A stretch of DNA of 50,458 bases, taken from Lachnospiraceae bacterium (lineage in GTDB: Bacteria; Bacteroidota; Bacteroidia; Flavobacteriales; Flavobacteriaceae). Positions 1-10,269 of this stretch are shown here, piece after piece. Position 1 is the stretch's first letter; each line of letters starts with the position of its first letter. The notes under the pieces are model-generated. The model had not been told where the DNA came from. It saw only the letters and a list, made by a program, of their open reading frames with translations, and did no database searches. The translations under genes were made by a program, and so were the position numbers. The DNA lies in the NCBI GenBank assembly GCA_963595625.1, contig CAVBJB010000001.1, positions 1-50,458 on the forward strand, in the 5' to 3' direction.

Positions 1-540
1 TTTTAGTGGTGGCTGAGGCTCTCGAAGCCACAAGCTAAAAGATACAGCGGAAAGCCGGATGGCGTACTTCGTGTAACGCTTGGATTTTATCGCTCCTATT
101 ATTATAATGTACAGATTATATACATAGCCCCGATTGAAGCGGCATCCTTTTAGTGGGGGCTGAGGCTCTCGAAGCCATAAACGAAAGGATATAGAGATAA
201 GCACCGAATGACGTACTTTGTGTAACGCTAAGATATTAACGCTACTATTAGCTTAATGCACATATTATATACATAGCCCCGATTGAAGCGGCATCCTTTT
301 GGTGGTGGCTGAGGCTCTCAAAGCCATAAACGAAAGGATATAGAGATAAGCCGAATGACGTAATTTGTGTAACGCTAAGATATTATCGCTACTATTAGCG
401 TAATGCACATATTATATACATAGCCCCGATTGCAGCGGCATCCTTTTAGTGGTGGCTGAGGCTCTCGAAGCCATAAACTAAAAGATATAGCGGAAAGCGG
501 GATGGCATACCTTGTGTAACGCTTGGATTTTAACGCTCCT
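1..540 (+). repeat. Tandem array of ~147-149 bp structured repeat units (about 3.6 copies visible, cut by the window start); each holds a Flavo-1-like core with a REP-like tip hairpin
   Basis: TAGCCCCGATTG(A/C)AGCGGCATCCTTTT recurs at 125, 274 and 421; GGCTGAGGCTCTC(G/A)AAGCC occurs four times; whole units align, so there are no unique spacers. Confidence 0.95.
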
Positions 541-544
541 AAAT

Positions 545-577
545 AAAAAAAACGGAATACTTATGTACTCCGTTTTT
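545..577 (-). terminator. Intrinsic terminator downstream of rpiB (probably bidirectional)
   Basis: AAAAACGGAATAC-TTAT-GTACTCCGTTTTT hairpin with A/T tracts, 3 bp from the rpiB stop. Confidence 0.75.
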
Positions 578-580
578 ATG

Positions 581-1012
581 TTATTGACAAGCTATTTTGT
601 TTACACGGTTGGCGTGGCGGCCACCCTCAAAAGCTGTATTTATAAATTTATCTACCATTTGTAAGGCAACCTCTAGGGTTACAAAACGTGCAGGGATCGA
701 GATTACGTTGGCGTTGTTGTGCTGGCGTGCAAGTTCTGCAATCTCTGGTGTCCAACATAAGGCGCAACGTATGCCTTGGTGTTTGTTGGCTGTTATGGCA
801 ATTCCGTTTCCGCTCCCGCAAATTACAATTCCTAATTCGGCTTTATTTGCAGTTACATCGTTTGCTACAGCATGACCAAAATCTGGATAATCTACACTGT
901 CTGTTGTATCTGTACCGTTATTAATTACGGTGTGACCAAGCGCTTGTAGATGTTCTACAATAGCTTTTTTGTATTCTGGACCTGCGTGGTCGTTTCCAAT
1001 TGAAAGGATCAT
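581..1012 (-). CDS. rpiB: Ribose-5-phosphate isomerase B
   Basis: GNDHAG, VDYPD, ICGSGNG, ARQHNNAN and FEGGRH motifs of the RpiB/LacAB family. Confidence 0.96.
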   Translation of the reverse strand: MILSIGNDHAGPEYKKAIVEHLQALGHTVINNGTDTTDSVDYPDFGHAVANDVTANKAELGIVICGSGNGIAITANKHQGIRCALCWTPEIAELARQHNNANVISIPARFVTLEVALQMVDKFINTAFEGGRHANRVNKIACQ

Positions 1013-1056
1013 AAAATTTTTGTTGTGTGTTTATATACAAAAATAAGCATATTTAA

Positions 1057-1296
1057 TTAAACTACTTTTAATTGGTTGTCATATTTAAAGCTTATAAAAA
1101 GGGAATTTGCAAACTCCCAATGATTTTGTAAGATTTTAATAGTTATTGGATTACCGGATGATAGTAAGGACGGAAATAAACATAGGCACTGCTCATCCAT
1201 GGCGTAATAGCTAATTTGGTAAAAATCGAGTATGGATCTAAAAATACTTAACTCTATGTAGTCTGAAAATGAGGCCAAATCAATATATATATCCAT
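1057..1296 (-). CDS. Small hypothetical protein, DUF2007-like (putative signal-transducing protein)
   Basis: 79 aa, ATG start, same strand just upstream of rpiB; pattern LASFS-x4-L-x3-RSILD-x3-I-x4-DE resembles DUF2007 (recalled, not searched). Confidence 0.5.
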   Translation of the reverse strand: MDIYIDLASFSDYIELSIFRSILDFYQISYYAMDEQCLCLFPSLLSSGNPITIKILQNHWEFANSLFISFKYDNQLKVV

Positions 1297-1491
1297 TAAA
1301 AAGCGGTTTATTGTTAGGTTTACTTAACTTTGTATGATAAGTAACGCAAAAACAACCTGGTTTGTGATTTGATTTTGAAACTTTAAGAAAATTAAATCCT
1401 CGATTTTGTGTTATAGTAAATATAAATTTATGTTGTATTAACACATTAACGGAATGGTTTTTGTAATTTACAACTGTATAAAACATATTTT

Positions 1492-3669
1492 ATGAATAAT
1501 AAACCTAAAAAGACAAGAAAAAAAGGTAAAGACTATTCAGTTAAAATTTTAAAATTCTTAGCGAAAACTCCTAATAAAACATATAACTACAAGCAAGTGG
1601 CTGCGGCTCTTGAAATTAGTGATACCCAAGGTAGAAACGAGATTATTAAAGAACTAAATATTCAGGTTAGAAAAGGAAATATTACTGAACCCGTAAAAGG
1701 TAAATACCAAGTGGTTCAAAAAGCTGAGTACTACGAAGGTATTATTGACATGACGTCTAGAAAAACGGCGTATTTTGTTAGTGATGAATTAGAAGACGAT
1801 GTTTTTATCCCAACTAATAATTTAAACAAAGCTTTACACGGCGATAAGGTAATGGTGTATGTTTACAACAAACGCTCATCAAGAAAACCGGAAGCTGAAG
1901 TAATGGAAATTTTAGAGCGCAAGCGTACGGAATTTGTGGGTGTTATTGATATCCAGAAAAACTTTGCGTTTGTTAGTACGGCAAATCCTAAAATGTACAC
2001 AGATATTTTTATCCCTAAGGATAAAATTGGTGAGGCTGAAAATGGGGATGTGGTATTGGTTAAAATGGAAGATTGGCCTAAAAAAGCAGATTCTCCATTT
2101 GGTACTGTTCTAAAAGTTTTAGGTAAACCAGGAGTGCATAACACGGAAATTCATGCCATTTTAGCAGAATATGGTTTACCATACGATTTCCCGATTGAGG
2201 TTGAAGCTTATGCTCAAAAGCTAGATACAAGCATTACACCAGAGGAAATTGCGAAGCGTAGAGATATGCGTGACACGCTTACCTTTACCATTGACCCTAA
2301 AGATGCTAAAGATTTTGACGATGCTTTATCGTTTAAAGTTCTTGAAAACGGAAACTATGAAATTGGTATCCATATTGCAGACGTATCTCATTACGTACAA
2401 GAAGGTACTGTTTTAGATGAGGAGGCTTACCAACGTGCTACGTCTGTTTACTTAGTAGACCGCGTGGTACCTATGTTACCTGAAGTACTTTCTAATTTTG
2501 CATGTTCGTTACGTCCGCACGAGGAAAAATACACCTTCTCAGCAGTTTTTGAATTAAATGATAAAGCGGAATTAAAGAACGCATGGTATGGTAGAACCGT
2601 TACTTACTCAGATCAACGTTTTGCCTATGAGGAAGCTCAAGAAATTATAGAAACTAAAGGAAATGCTATTCCGTCTGAAATCTCTTTAACAGGAGAAGCT
2701 TATACTGTGTCTCAAGAAATTGTTGATGCTATTTTAAAAATGGATGATTTAGCTAAAATTATGCGTGGTAAACGTATGAAAAATGGGGCTATATCTTTTG
2801 ATAAAGTAGAAGTTAAATTCCATTTAAACGAGAATGCAGAACCAATTGGGGTTTTCTTTAAAGAAGGTAAAGATGCTAATAAATTAATTGAAGAATTTAT
2901 GTTATTAGCTAACCGTAAAGTTTCTGAATTTATAGGAAAACAACAAAAAACATTTATTTACCGTACGCACGACGAACCGGATCAAGATAAGTTATTTAAC
3001 CTACAAGGTATTATTGCTAAGTTTGGTTACAACATCAACTTTAAATCTAAAAAAACGGTTTCAGAAAGTTTAAATAATCTACTTGCAGAGGTTAATGGTA
3101 AAAGAGAGCAAAATCTGGTTGATACATTAACTATTAGAAGTATGAGTAAAGCAAACTACTCTGCACAAAACATTGGGCACTACGGTTTAGCTTTTGATTA
3201 TTACTCGCATTTTACATCGCCAATTCGTAGATATCCAGACGTTATCGCACATCGATTATTGCAACATTATCTAGACGGAGGCGCATCTGTAGACGAAGAA
3301 TTGGTAGAAAAACAATCGCTACATTGTTCTCAAATGGAAAGTTTAGCTGCACATGCAGAGCGTGACAGTATTAAATACATGCAAGTTAAATTTATGCAAG
3401 ACCAAGGAGATAAAGAATTCTTGGGGGTTATTTCTGGAGTTACAGAATGGGGCATTTACGTTGAAGTTATTGAGAACAAGTGCGAAGGAATGGTAAGAAT
3501 AAGAGAGATTAAAGACGACTATTATACTTTTGACGAAAAACAATATGCATTAGTTGGAGAAGTATCTAAAAATACCATTCAATTAGGTGACGAGGTTTGG
3601 GTTAAAGTTAAAAATGCGGACTTAGTTAAAAAACAATTGGACTTTCATTACATCAGAAAAAACAATTAA
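1492..3669 (+). CDS. rnr: Ribonuclease R
   Basis: RNB catalytic motif TIDPKDAKDFDDA, HFTSPIRRYPD, N-terminal cold-shock domains, C-terminal S1 domain. Confidence 0.96.
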   Translation: MNNKPKKTRKKGKDYSVKILKFLAKTPNKTYNYKQVAAALEISDTQGRNEIIKELNIQVRKGNITEPVKGKYQVVQKAEYYEGIIDMTSRKTAYFVSDELEDDVFIPTNNLNKALHGDKVMVYVYNKRSSRKPEAEVMEILERKRTEFVGVIDIQKNFAFVSTANPKMYTDIFIPKDKIGEAENGDVVLVKMEDWPKKADSPFGTVLKVLGKPGVHNTEIHAILAEYGLPYDFPIEVEAYAQKLDTSITPEEIAKRRDMRDTLTFTIDPKDAKDFDDALSFKVLENGNYEIGIHIADVSHYVQEGTVLDEEAYQRATSVYLVDRVVPMLPEVLSNFACSLRPHEEKYTFSAVFELNDKAELKNAWYGRTVTYSDQRFAYEEAQEIIETKGNAIPSEISLTGEAYTVSQEIVDAILKMDDLAKIMRGKRMKNGAISFDKVEVKFHLNENAEPIGVFFKEGKDANKLIEEFMLLANRKVSEFIGKQQKTFIYRTHDEPDQDKLFNLQGIIAKFGYNINFKSKKTVSESLNNLLAEVNGKREQNLVDTLTIRSMSKANYSAQNIGHYGLAFDYYSHFTSPIRRYPDVIAHRLLQHYLDGGASVDEELVEKQSLHCSQMESLAAHAERDSIKYMQVKFMQDQGDKEFLGVISGVTEWGIYVEVIENKCEGMVRIREIKDDYYTFDEKQYALVGEVSKNTIQLGDEVWVKVKNADLVKKQLDFHYIRKNN

Positions 3670-3684
3670 TTAAAACGTAAAACA

Positions 3685-4365
3685 ATGATAAACTATAAAA
3701 CGTTAGTGTGCTTGTTAGCAACATCATTTGCTTTTGCACAAGATAAAATGACAAAACAAGTAGGGGAGTTTACCTCTATTAAATCTTTTGATAAAATCTC
3801 TGTAAAACTGGTAAAATCAACAGAAAATAAAGTTGAATTAGCAGGAGCAGAAAGTGAAAATGTAGAACTTGTAAATGACAACGGGGAACTAAAAGTAAAA
3901 CTTAGAACCCAACGTATTTTAAAAGGGGAAGATGTTGTGGCTACGGTTTATCACTCAAAGGACATTTATGATATTACAGCTACAGAGGGATCTTACATCT
4001 CTAGCGATGATGTTTTTAAAACGGTAGATCTTAAATTATCAGCGAAAGAAGGGGCTGAAATTAAACTAAAAGTGGATGTTAAAAAACTAAACGGTTCTTT
4101 AACTACAGGAGGTAAAATTACGGTTGAAGGTACCGCACAAAATCAAGATTATGTGGTTAATGCAGGTTCTGTTTTAAAGGCTCAAAGTTTACTTTCTGAA
4201 CAATGTAGTGTTACTAGTAATGCTGGAGGAGATGCTAATGTAACTGCTAGTGAATTAGTTGACGCTAAGGTTAGAGCTGGAGGGGTAATTACCATTTACG
4301 GAACACCAAAAGTTATAAACGAGAAAAAGGTAATGGGCGGAAAAATTAATAAAATGAAGTCTTAA
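3685..4365 (+). CDS. Secreted head-GIN / DUF2807 beta-helix protein
   Basis: Signal peptide (AFA-Q), repeated ~19-aa G/S-rich beta-helix units, C-terminal I-Y-G-x-P..GGKI. Confidence 0.8.
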   Translation: MINYKTLVCLLATSFAFAQDKMTKQVGEFTSIKSFDKISVKLVKSTENKVELAGAESENVELVNDNGELKVKLRTQRILKGEDVVATVYHSKDIYDITATEGSYISSDDVFKTVDLKLSAKEGAEIKLKVDVKKLNGSLTTGGKITVEGTAQNQDYVVNAGSVLKAQSLLSEQCSVTSNAGGDANVTASELVDAKVRAGGVITIYGTPKVINEKKVMGGKINKMKS

Positions 4366-4424
4366 TCTTTTCGATATCCGCATTATAAAACTTATATTTG
4401 CTATCCTTATTCAAAATTAGTCAA

Positions 4425-5129
4425 ATGTTAGACGATATTTTAACAGGAATACCTTTAGGTTTTTTCCTTAGTTTTATGATAGGTCCCGTATTTTTTGTGT
4501 TACTTGAAACAAGTATTACAAAAGGTGTTAAGGCTGCTCTTATATTTGATGTAGGTGTAATTTTAGCAGATATTGCTTTTATTTTAGTTGCCTATTTTAC
4601 CAGTTATAAGCTCTTAGAAAAAATTAAAGACGATCCTATTATATTTATAATCGGAGGCTTAATAATGCTAAGTTATGGTGCAATTTCTTTATACTTAAAC
4701 TATAAAACTAAGATTGTAGAAAGTGCCGAAAAAGAACAGCTAGAAGATGTAATGAATACTAAGAATTACATTGGATACTTTTTAAAAGGATTTGCTTTAA
4801 ACTTTATCAATATTGGGGTTTTAGGATTTTGGTTAGGAATTTTACTAACCTTTGGACCTAAATTCGATATGGTCTCTTCGAGACTAATTGCGTTTTTCGC
4901 ATCGGTTATTGGAGCCTATTTAGTTACAGATTTAGGTAAAATATTTTTAGCGAAACAGGTAAAAAGCAGACTAAATGCTCGAAACATTTTAAAAGTAAAG
5001 AAAATTAGCAGCTATGTTTTAATTGTATTTGGGGCTATTTTAATGTTCCAAGGTTTTTTTCCGAATGAGAAAGAAAAGATCAAAAATAAATTTGAAGAAA
5101 TTAAAACGAGTGCTAAATTAGATATATAA
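4425..5129 (+). CDS. LysE-family translocator
   Basis: IGPVFF..G motif, FLKGFALNFIN, hydrophobic helices; ATG 4425 preferred over TTG 4398, which falls inside a TATATTTG promoter element. Confidence 0.85.
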   Translation: MLDDILTGIPLGFFLSFMIGPVFFVLLETSITKGVKAALIFDVGVILADIAFILVAYFTSYKLLEKIKDDPIIFIIGGLIMLSYGAISLYLNYKTKIVESAEKEQLEDVMNTKNYIGYFLKGFALNFINIGVLGFWLGILLTFGPKFDMVSSRLIAFFASVIGAYLVTDLGKIFLAKQVKSRLNARNILKVKKISSYVLIVFGAILMFQGFFPNEKEKIKNKFEEIKTSAKLDI

Positions 5130-5158
5130 AGCGAAGGACTATCCTTCGCTTTTTTTTT
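5128..5158 (+). terminator. Intrinsic terminator after the LysE gene
   Basis: AAAGCGAAGGA-CTA-TCCTTCGCTTT followed by a T tract. Confidence 0.85.
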
Positions 5159-5176
5159 CATACATATACCTAACTT

Positions 5177-6267
5177 ATGATCTATATAATTATAACATTA
5201 CTCTTTCTTATTGCTTGCCTTGCAATTTATATACTTAATCTACCACAATTTGGTAAACGAGCTACTGGCGAAAGATTAAAAAGAATTAAAAATTCACCCC
5301 ATTTTAAAAACGGGAGTTTTAAAAATTTAAATTATACTCCGGCTTTAGCGCAAGGATATTCTACCTACAAAGTATTTTGGAATTTTTTCTTTAAAACTTA
5401 TCCAAACATCTTCCCGGCAAACGAAATTGCTCATGTTAAAACCGATCTTAAAAACATACCTATAAATCAAAATGTTTTGGTTTGGTTTGGTCACAGTTCC
5501 TACTACTTTCAACTACATGGTAAAAAGTATTTAGTAGATCCTGTATTTAGCGGAAATGTGTCTCCTTTACCAAGCAAAACTTCTCGCGCTTTTAATGGCA
5601 GTAACACTTACAATTGGAACGATATTCCGGAAATAGATTATTTACTGATTACACACGATCATTATGATCATTTGGATTATAAGTCTATTATTAACCTTAA
5701 ATATAAAATTACTGAAGTTATATGTCCTTTAGGCGTTGGTAGTCATTTAGAGTATTGGGGGATCTCTTCTTCCAAAATAAAAGAAGGGGATTGGTTTGAT
5801 ACGTTTAATTTATCTTCTTCTTTAAAAATAACCATAACGCCAACCGCCATTTTGCTGGACGTATTAAAAGGAATGCTACATTATGGGGCTCTTTTGTTTT
5901 GGAAAGTCAAAATTTTAAAATGTACATTGGAGGAGATAGTGGTTACGATACCCATTTTAAATCCATTGGAGACCAATTTGGTCCTTTTGATTTTGCTTTG
6001 TTAGAGAATGGTCAATTTAACGAAGCATGGCATTATATACACATGTTTCCTGATGAACTTTTAAAGGCGGCTGATGATTTACAAGCGCGTCGTGTGATGC
6101 CTATCCATAACAGTAAATTTAAATTGGCACATCATCCCTGGAATGCGCCTATGGAAGAATTAGCACAATTAAATAAAAATAAAATGAATATGTGTACACC
6201 AAAAATAGGAGAGGCGGTTTACTTGGACAAACCAAATCAAACCTTTGATTTTTGGTGGAGATCATAA
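5177..6267 (+). pseudogene. MBL-fold metallo-hydrolase (NAPE-PLD/RomA-like) split by a 1-nt frameshift near 5845; pseudogene or sequencing error
   Basis: WFGHS, DPVFS and THDHYDHLD in the first frame; RHFAGR..TLWGSF, GGDSGY, GQFN..WHYIHM and PIH continue in the other frame from ~5845. Confidence 0.85.
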
Positions 6268-6304
6268 AAAAAGCTCGATTTGAATTATCAAATCGAGCTT
6301 TTTT
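6266..6304. terminator. Bidirectional terminator between convergent genes
   Basis: AAAAAAGCTCGATTTGA-ATTA-TCAAATCGAGCTTTTTT perfect inverted repeat. Confidence 0.9.
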
Positions 6305-6324
6305 ATAACTATAAGAAATAAACA

Positions 6325-7107
6325 CTATTTTCCTGGGAAAACAGCTTTACGTTTTTCTAAAAATGCAGTAGTTCCTTCTTTAAAATCTTCGGTAGCAAAA
6401 CACTCCCCAAATTTTTTAATTTCTATACCGTATCCGTTTACACCATCTTTAAAGTTAGCATTTACAGCCTCAATAGCTTTACCAATAGCTACAGTTGAGT
6501 TTTTAGTGATTTTAGTTGCTAAACCTTTAGTAAAGTCTAAAAGTTCTGCAGGAGTAACTACGTAGTTAACTAAACCAAAAGTAAGTGCTGTAGGAGCATC
6601 AATCATACTTGCAGTCATAATCATTTCCATAGCTCTACCTTTTCCAACTAATTGTGTTAAACGTTGAGTACCTCCGTACCCCGGAATAACGCCTAAAGTA
6701 ACTTCTGGTAATCCCATTTTAGCGTTATCAGACGCCACTCTAAAATGTGCGGCCATAGCTAATTCTAAACCTCCACCTAATGCAAAACCATTAACAGCTG
6801 CAATAACCGGTTTGTTTAAATTTTGTACGTAATCAAATAAAATTTCTTGACCTTTAGATGCTAAACGCTCTCCCTCTTGAGCTGAGAAATTTGCAAATTC
6901 AGAAATATCTGCTCCAGCTACAAAGGCTTTTTCTCCGCTCCCTGTAATAAGGATTACTTTCGTTGCTTCATCTTGGCTTAAAGCTTTAAATGCTTGGTGT
7001 AATTCTTCTATAGTTTGCTTGTTTAAAGCGTTTAATTTAGACGGACGATTAATTGTTATGGTTGATATAAAATCAGCAGTTTCAACTAATAAGTTTTCAA
7101 AGTTCAT
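6325..7107 (-). CDS. Enoyl-CoA hydratase/isomerase (crotonase family)
   Basis: AFVAGADI, NGFALGGGLELA, LPEVTLGVIPGYGGTQRL. Confidence 0.93.
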   Translation of the reverse strand: MNFENLLVETADFISTITINRPSKLNALNKQTIEELHQAFKALSQDEATKVILITGSGEKAFVAGADISEFANFSAQEGERLASKGQEILFDYVQNLNKPVIAAVNGFALGGGLELAMAAHFRVASDNAKMGLPEVTLGVIPGYGGTQRLTQLVGKGRAMEMIMTASMIDAPTALTFGLVNYVVTPAELLDFTKGLATKITKNSTVAIGKAIEAVNANFKDGVNGYGIEIKKFGECFATEDFKEGTTAFLEKRKAVFPGK

Positions 7108-7131
7108 AATTAGTTTGTAGTATTTGTTTGT

Positions 7132-8616
7132 TTATAAATTTGTTTCGTTTGTTAAGGGTAATTTTACAGTAAATGTAGTACCTACACCTACTTCACTTTC
7201 AAAAGTTATACTTCCGTTATAACCTTCAATAATATTTTTAATGATTCCTAAACCTAAGCCCATACCTACGGCTTTAGTAGTAAATTTAGGTTCAAATATT
7301 CTACTTTTATTTTCGATTGAAATACCTTTACCGTTATCCTGAACTTCAATTTGTGCAAATCCGTTAATTCTAGAAACGGTTACATTTACAAATTTTTCTT
7401 CTCGATCTAACGATATAGCTTGAGTAGCATTTTTTACTAAATTAGTAATAATTCTGATAAGTTGGGTACGATCCATTGAAGTTATTATCTCCTCCTCAGA
7501 AGATCTGAAATGAATATAATCTTCATTAAATATTTCTAAGGCTAATTGTACAACATAAACTACGTTTAAAGTTTCGTTTTGCTGAACCGGTAACGAGGCA
7601 AAGTTAGAAAATGCAGAAGCCACCGCTGACATGGTATCTATTTGCTGAATTAACGTATTGGAGTAATCTTTTAATTTTTGATTGATGTTTGGATCCTCCG
7701 GGTTAAATCGTCTCTCAAAACTTTGAACCGTTAATCGCATTGGGGTTAACGGATTTTTAATTTCGTGAGCTACTTGTTTGGCCATTTCTCGCCAAGCATT
7801 TTCACGTTCTGATTTTGCTAACAAAGCTGCCGATTGTTCTAACTCATCTACCATTGAGTTGTAAGAAGTAATTAAGCCCTTAATCTCGGTGCTTGTGTTA
7901 CGATCTATTGGTAAGGTTTCATTCTTTTTATTTAACTGCGTAAGTTTAAGCTTTTCAGTAATAATTTGAATTGGTTTTGTAACATAACTAGAAATGATAT
8001 AAGCAAAGATTATAGTAAAAATCAACATTACAATATAAACCTGTACAAAACGATACATAAAGTTTTGCATACCATTTTCGTAAAAACTAGTTTCCTCAAC
8101 ATAAGGCAGTGAAAGGATCCCTAGAGTTTTAAATTTATTATCCTTTAAATAGGTATATGCCGTTCGGTTTCTAACGCCTTTAATCAATTTTAAATCTACA
8201 AATCGCTTTTGAGTCGAAGATTCAAGAATTTTAATGATCATTGGGTTTACGGTTCTCGAAAAAGTATCTACAGCAAAAACACCTTTTGAGGAAATTAGGG
8301 ATTTACCGTTTAAATCGTGAATATTAATTTCGATAGCGTGAATGTTGGCTAACTCGTAAATTTTATCTTTAAAAATTAAGGGAAGATTATCTGTTGTTAA
8401 AGGATAAGTTGTAGTAGCTAAAATGTAGTTTATATGCTCTGTAATCGCATTTTCTTTTCGCTCCAATCGATCGTTATGGTAAACTCTTGTTTCTTTTTTA
8501 AATTGAAATATAGAAACAAAACCTATTAATATAGAAGCAATAAGGGTTAGGAATATCATTGCAAAGAATATTCTAACCCTTAAGGAACTTTCTGCTATTT
8601 TAGAAATAATTGACAT
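7132..8616 (-). CDS. Membrane sensor histidine kinase (2 TM, HAMP, HisKA, HATPase; NtrY-like)
   Basis: AWREMAKQVAHEIKNPLTP H-box, NLVKNA, DNGKGI, FTTK, GMGLGL. Confidence 0.92.
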   Translation of the reverse strand: MSIISKIAESSLRVRIFFAMIFLTLIASILIGFVSIFQFKKETRVYHNDRLERKENAITEHINYILATTTYPLTTDNLPLIFKDKIYELANIHAIEINIHDLNGKSLISSKGVFAVDTFSRTVNPMIIKILESSTQKRFVDLKLIKGVRNRTAYTYLKDNKFKTLGILSLPYVEETSFYENGMQNFMYRFVQVYIVMLIFTIIFAYIISSYVTKPIQIITEKLKLTQLNKKNETLPIDRNTSTEIKGLITSYNSMVDELEQSAALLAKSERENAWREMAKQVAHEIKNPLTPMRLTVQSFERRFNPEDPNINQKLKDYSNTLIQQIDTMSAVASAFSNFASLPVQQNETLNVVYVVQLALEIFNEDYIHFRSSEEEIITSMDRTQLIRIITNLVKNATQAISLDREEKFVNVTVSRINGFAQIEVQDNGKGISIENKSRIFEPKFTTKAVGMGLGLGIIKNIIEGYNGSITFESEVGVGTTFTVKLPLTNETNL

Positions 8617-8619
8617 GTA

Positions 8620-9159
8620 TTATTCGCCGCGTTTTTCTCTGACTTTTTTGTAGTATTTATAGCCTATCATTAACAACATCATAAAACCTATAATACCTAC
8701 TACACCAAAAATCCAGTTTAAAGAATCTTTTAAGATTACTAAAAATACAACTGAAAATAATATTACAGTTGCACCCTCATTCCAGATTCTAAAATACGAA
8801 GAAGTTTTGGTTAATGTGCCATCTTCTATCTGTTTTACAAATTGATGACATTTGTAATGATAAACCCATAAAAGTAAAACAAACGCCAGCTTAACATGCA
8901 TCCACGGCTGTTGTAACCAAATAGGAGTATCTATTAACATCCCTAAACCAAACAAAGTTGCTAAAACAGCTGCTGGCCAGGTTATTATAAACCACAACCT
9001 ATTGGACATAATTTTATATTGATTTGCCAATATAGATTGCTCTGGTTCTGGTTTTAGTTTAGCTTCTGCATAATACACAAAAAGCCGAACAATATAAAAA
9101 AGTCCGGCAAACCAACATACAACAAAAATTATATGTAGTGCTTTTAAATATAAATACAT
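8620..9159 (-). CDS. hemJ: Protoporphyrinogen IX oxidase HemJ (CopD-like family)
   Basis: KALHIIFVVCWFAGLFYIVRLFVY, WMHVKL, FRIWNE; directly downstream of hemH. Confidence 0.9.
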   Translation of the reverse strand: MYLYLKALHIIFVVCWFAGLFYIVRLFVYYAEAKLKPEPEQSILANQYKIMSNRLWFIITWPAAVLATLFGLGMLIDTPIWLQQPWMHVKLAFVLLLWVYHYKCHQFVKQIEDGTLTKTSSYFRIWNEGATVILFSVVFLVILKDSLNWIFGVVGIIGFMMLLMIGYKYYKKVREKRGE

Positions 9160-9165
9160 CGTATG

Positions 9166-10182
9166 TTATTTATTAATCCATTGGTTAATCCATCCAGCCA
9201 TAACATCCATCCAGCTGTCACGATCGTTTAAACACGGGATCATTTTAAATTCTTCTCCACCGTTTTCTTTAAACTCTTTACCAGCTTCCATTTCAATTTC
9301 TTCCAAAGTCTCAATACAGTCTGCAACAAAGGCTGGAGTAACTACTGCAATTTTTTTAACCCCTTGCTGAGCTAATTTAACCACAGTCTCGTCCGTAAAA
9401 GGTTGTAACCATTTATCGATTCCTAATCTAGATTGAAATGTTTGTGTATATTTTCCTTCTGGGATACCTAACGTTTCTATCACCTGACGTGTTGTTTCCG
9501 TACACTGATGGCGGTAACAGAACTCATGTGCTGCAGATTTTACTTTACAACATGTATTGTCTATAGTACAATGAGATTTAGTAACATCTGATTTTTTTAT
9601 GTGACGCTCCGGAACTCCGTGATAAGAAAAAAGTAAATGGTCGTAATCATACGTATCCAGAGTTTCTTTAACTACTTTAGAAAGTTCTTCTACATAGCCT
9701 TCTCTATTATAAAAAGAATTTACCTGGGAGAACTTCATGTCAGGGAATTTTGCTTTGCGAATTTTTTCTGCCAAAACTAAGATCGTTTCAGTTGTAGCCA
9801 TGGCAAACTGAGGGTAAAGCGGAAATAATAATACCTCTTTTACACCTTTATTATATAGTTCTTGTAAACCAGACTCGATAGACGGATTACCATAACGCAT
9901 AGCTAATGCAACAGGGACATCTACACGTTCTTGAATTTTTTTATGAGTTCGTTTTGATATAACCATTAAAGGAGACCCTTCGTCCCACCATATTTTTTTA
10001 TACGCAGCTGCAGATTTTGCCGGACGTTTACGTAAAATAATCCCTCTTACAATAAAAGCACGTAATAAATAAGGCATGTCTATAACACGCTCATCCATTA
10101 AAAATTCATCTAAATAGGGTTTTACCGCTTCGGGTGTTGGTGCATCTGGCGAACCTAGATTTACTAATAAAACTCCTTTCAT
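9166..10182 (-). CDS. hemH: Ferrochelatase with a Cys-rich insert
   Basis: NLGSP, MRYGNP, PLYPQF, FSYHG, FQSR, WLQP, DCIETLEE. Confidence 0.96.
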   Translation of the reverse strand: MKGVLLVNLGSPDAPTPEAVKPYLDEFLMDERVIDMPYLLRAFIVRGIILRKRPAKSAAAYKKIWWDEGSPLMVISKRTHKKIQERVDVPVALAMRYGNPSIESGLQELYNKGVKEVLLFPLYPQFAMATTETILVLAEKIRKAKFPDMKFSQVNSFYNREGYVEELSKVVKETLDTYDYDHLLFSYHGVPERHIKKSDVTKSHCTIDNTCCKVKSAAHEFCYRHQCTETTRQVIETLGIPEGKYTQTFQSRLGIDKWLQPFTDETVVKLAQQGVKKIAVVTPAFVADCIETLEEIEMEAGKEFKENGGEEFKMIPCLNDRDSWMDVMAGWINQWINK

Positions 10183-10269
10183 AGTATATGTTTTTTACAA
10201 AAATACAATCCGCAAAACTGCTAATTGCATCGTTATTATATTTTTTTGTTGTATTTGTATTGATAAAAT

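Noticed and set aside
1..540. CRISPR array
   Set aside because: Whole 147-bp units are homologous, with no unique spacers; the period is too long and no cas genes are in the window
1280..1486. 68-aa minus-strand ORF
   Set aside because: Spans the AT-rich divergent promoter region of rnr with no recognisable motif; likely spurious
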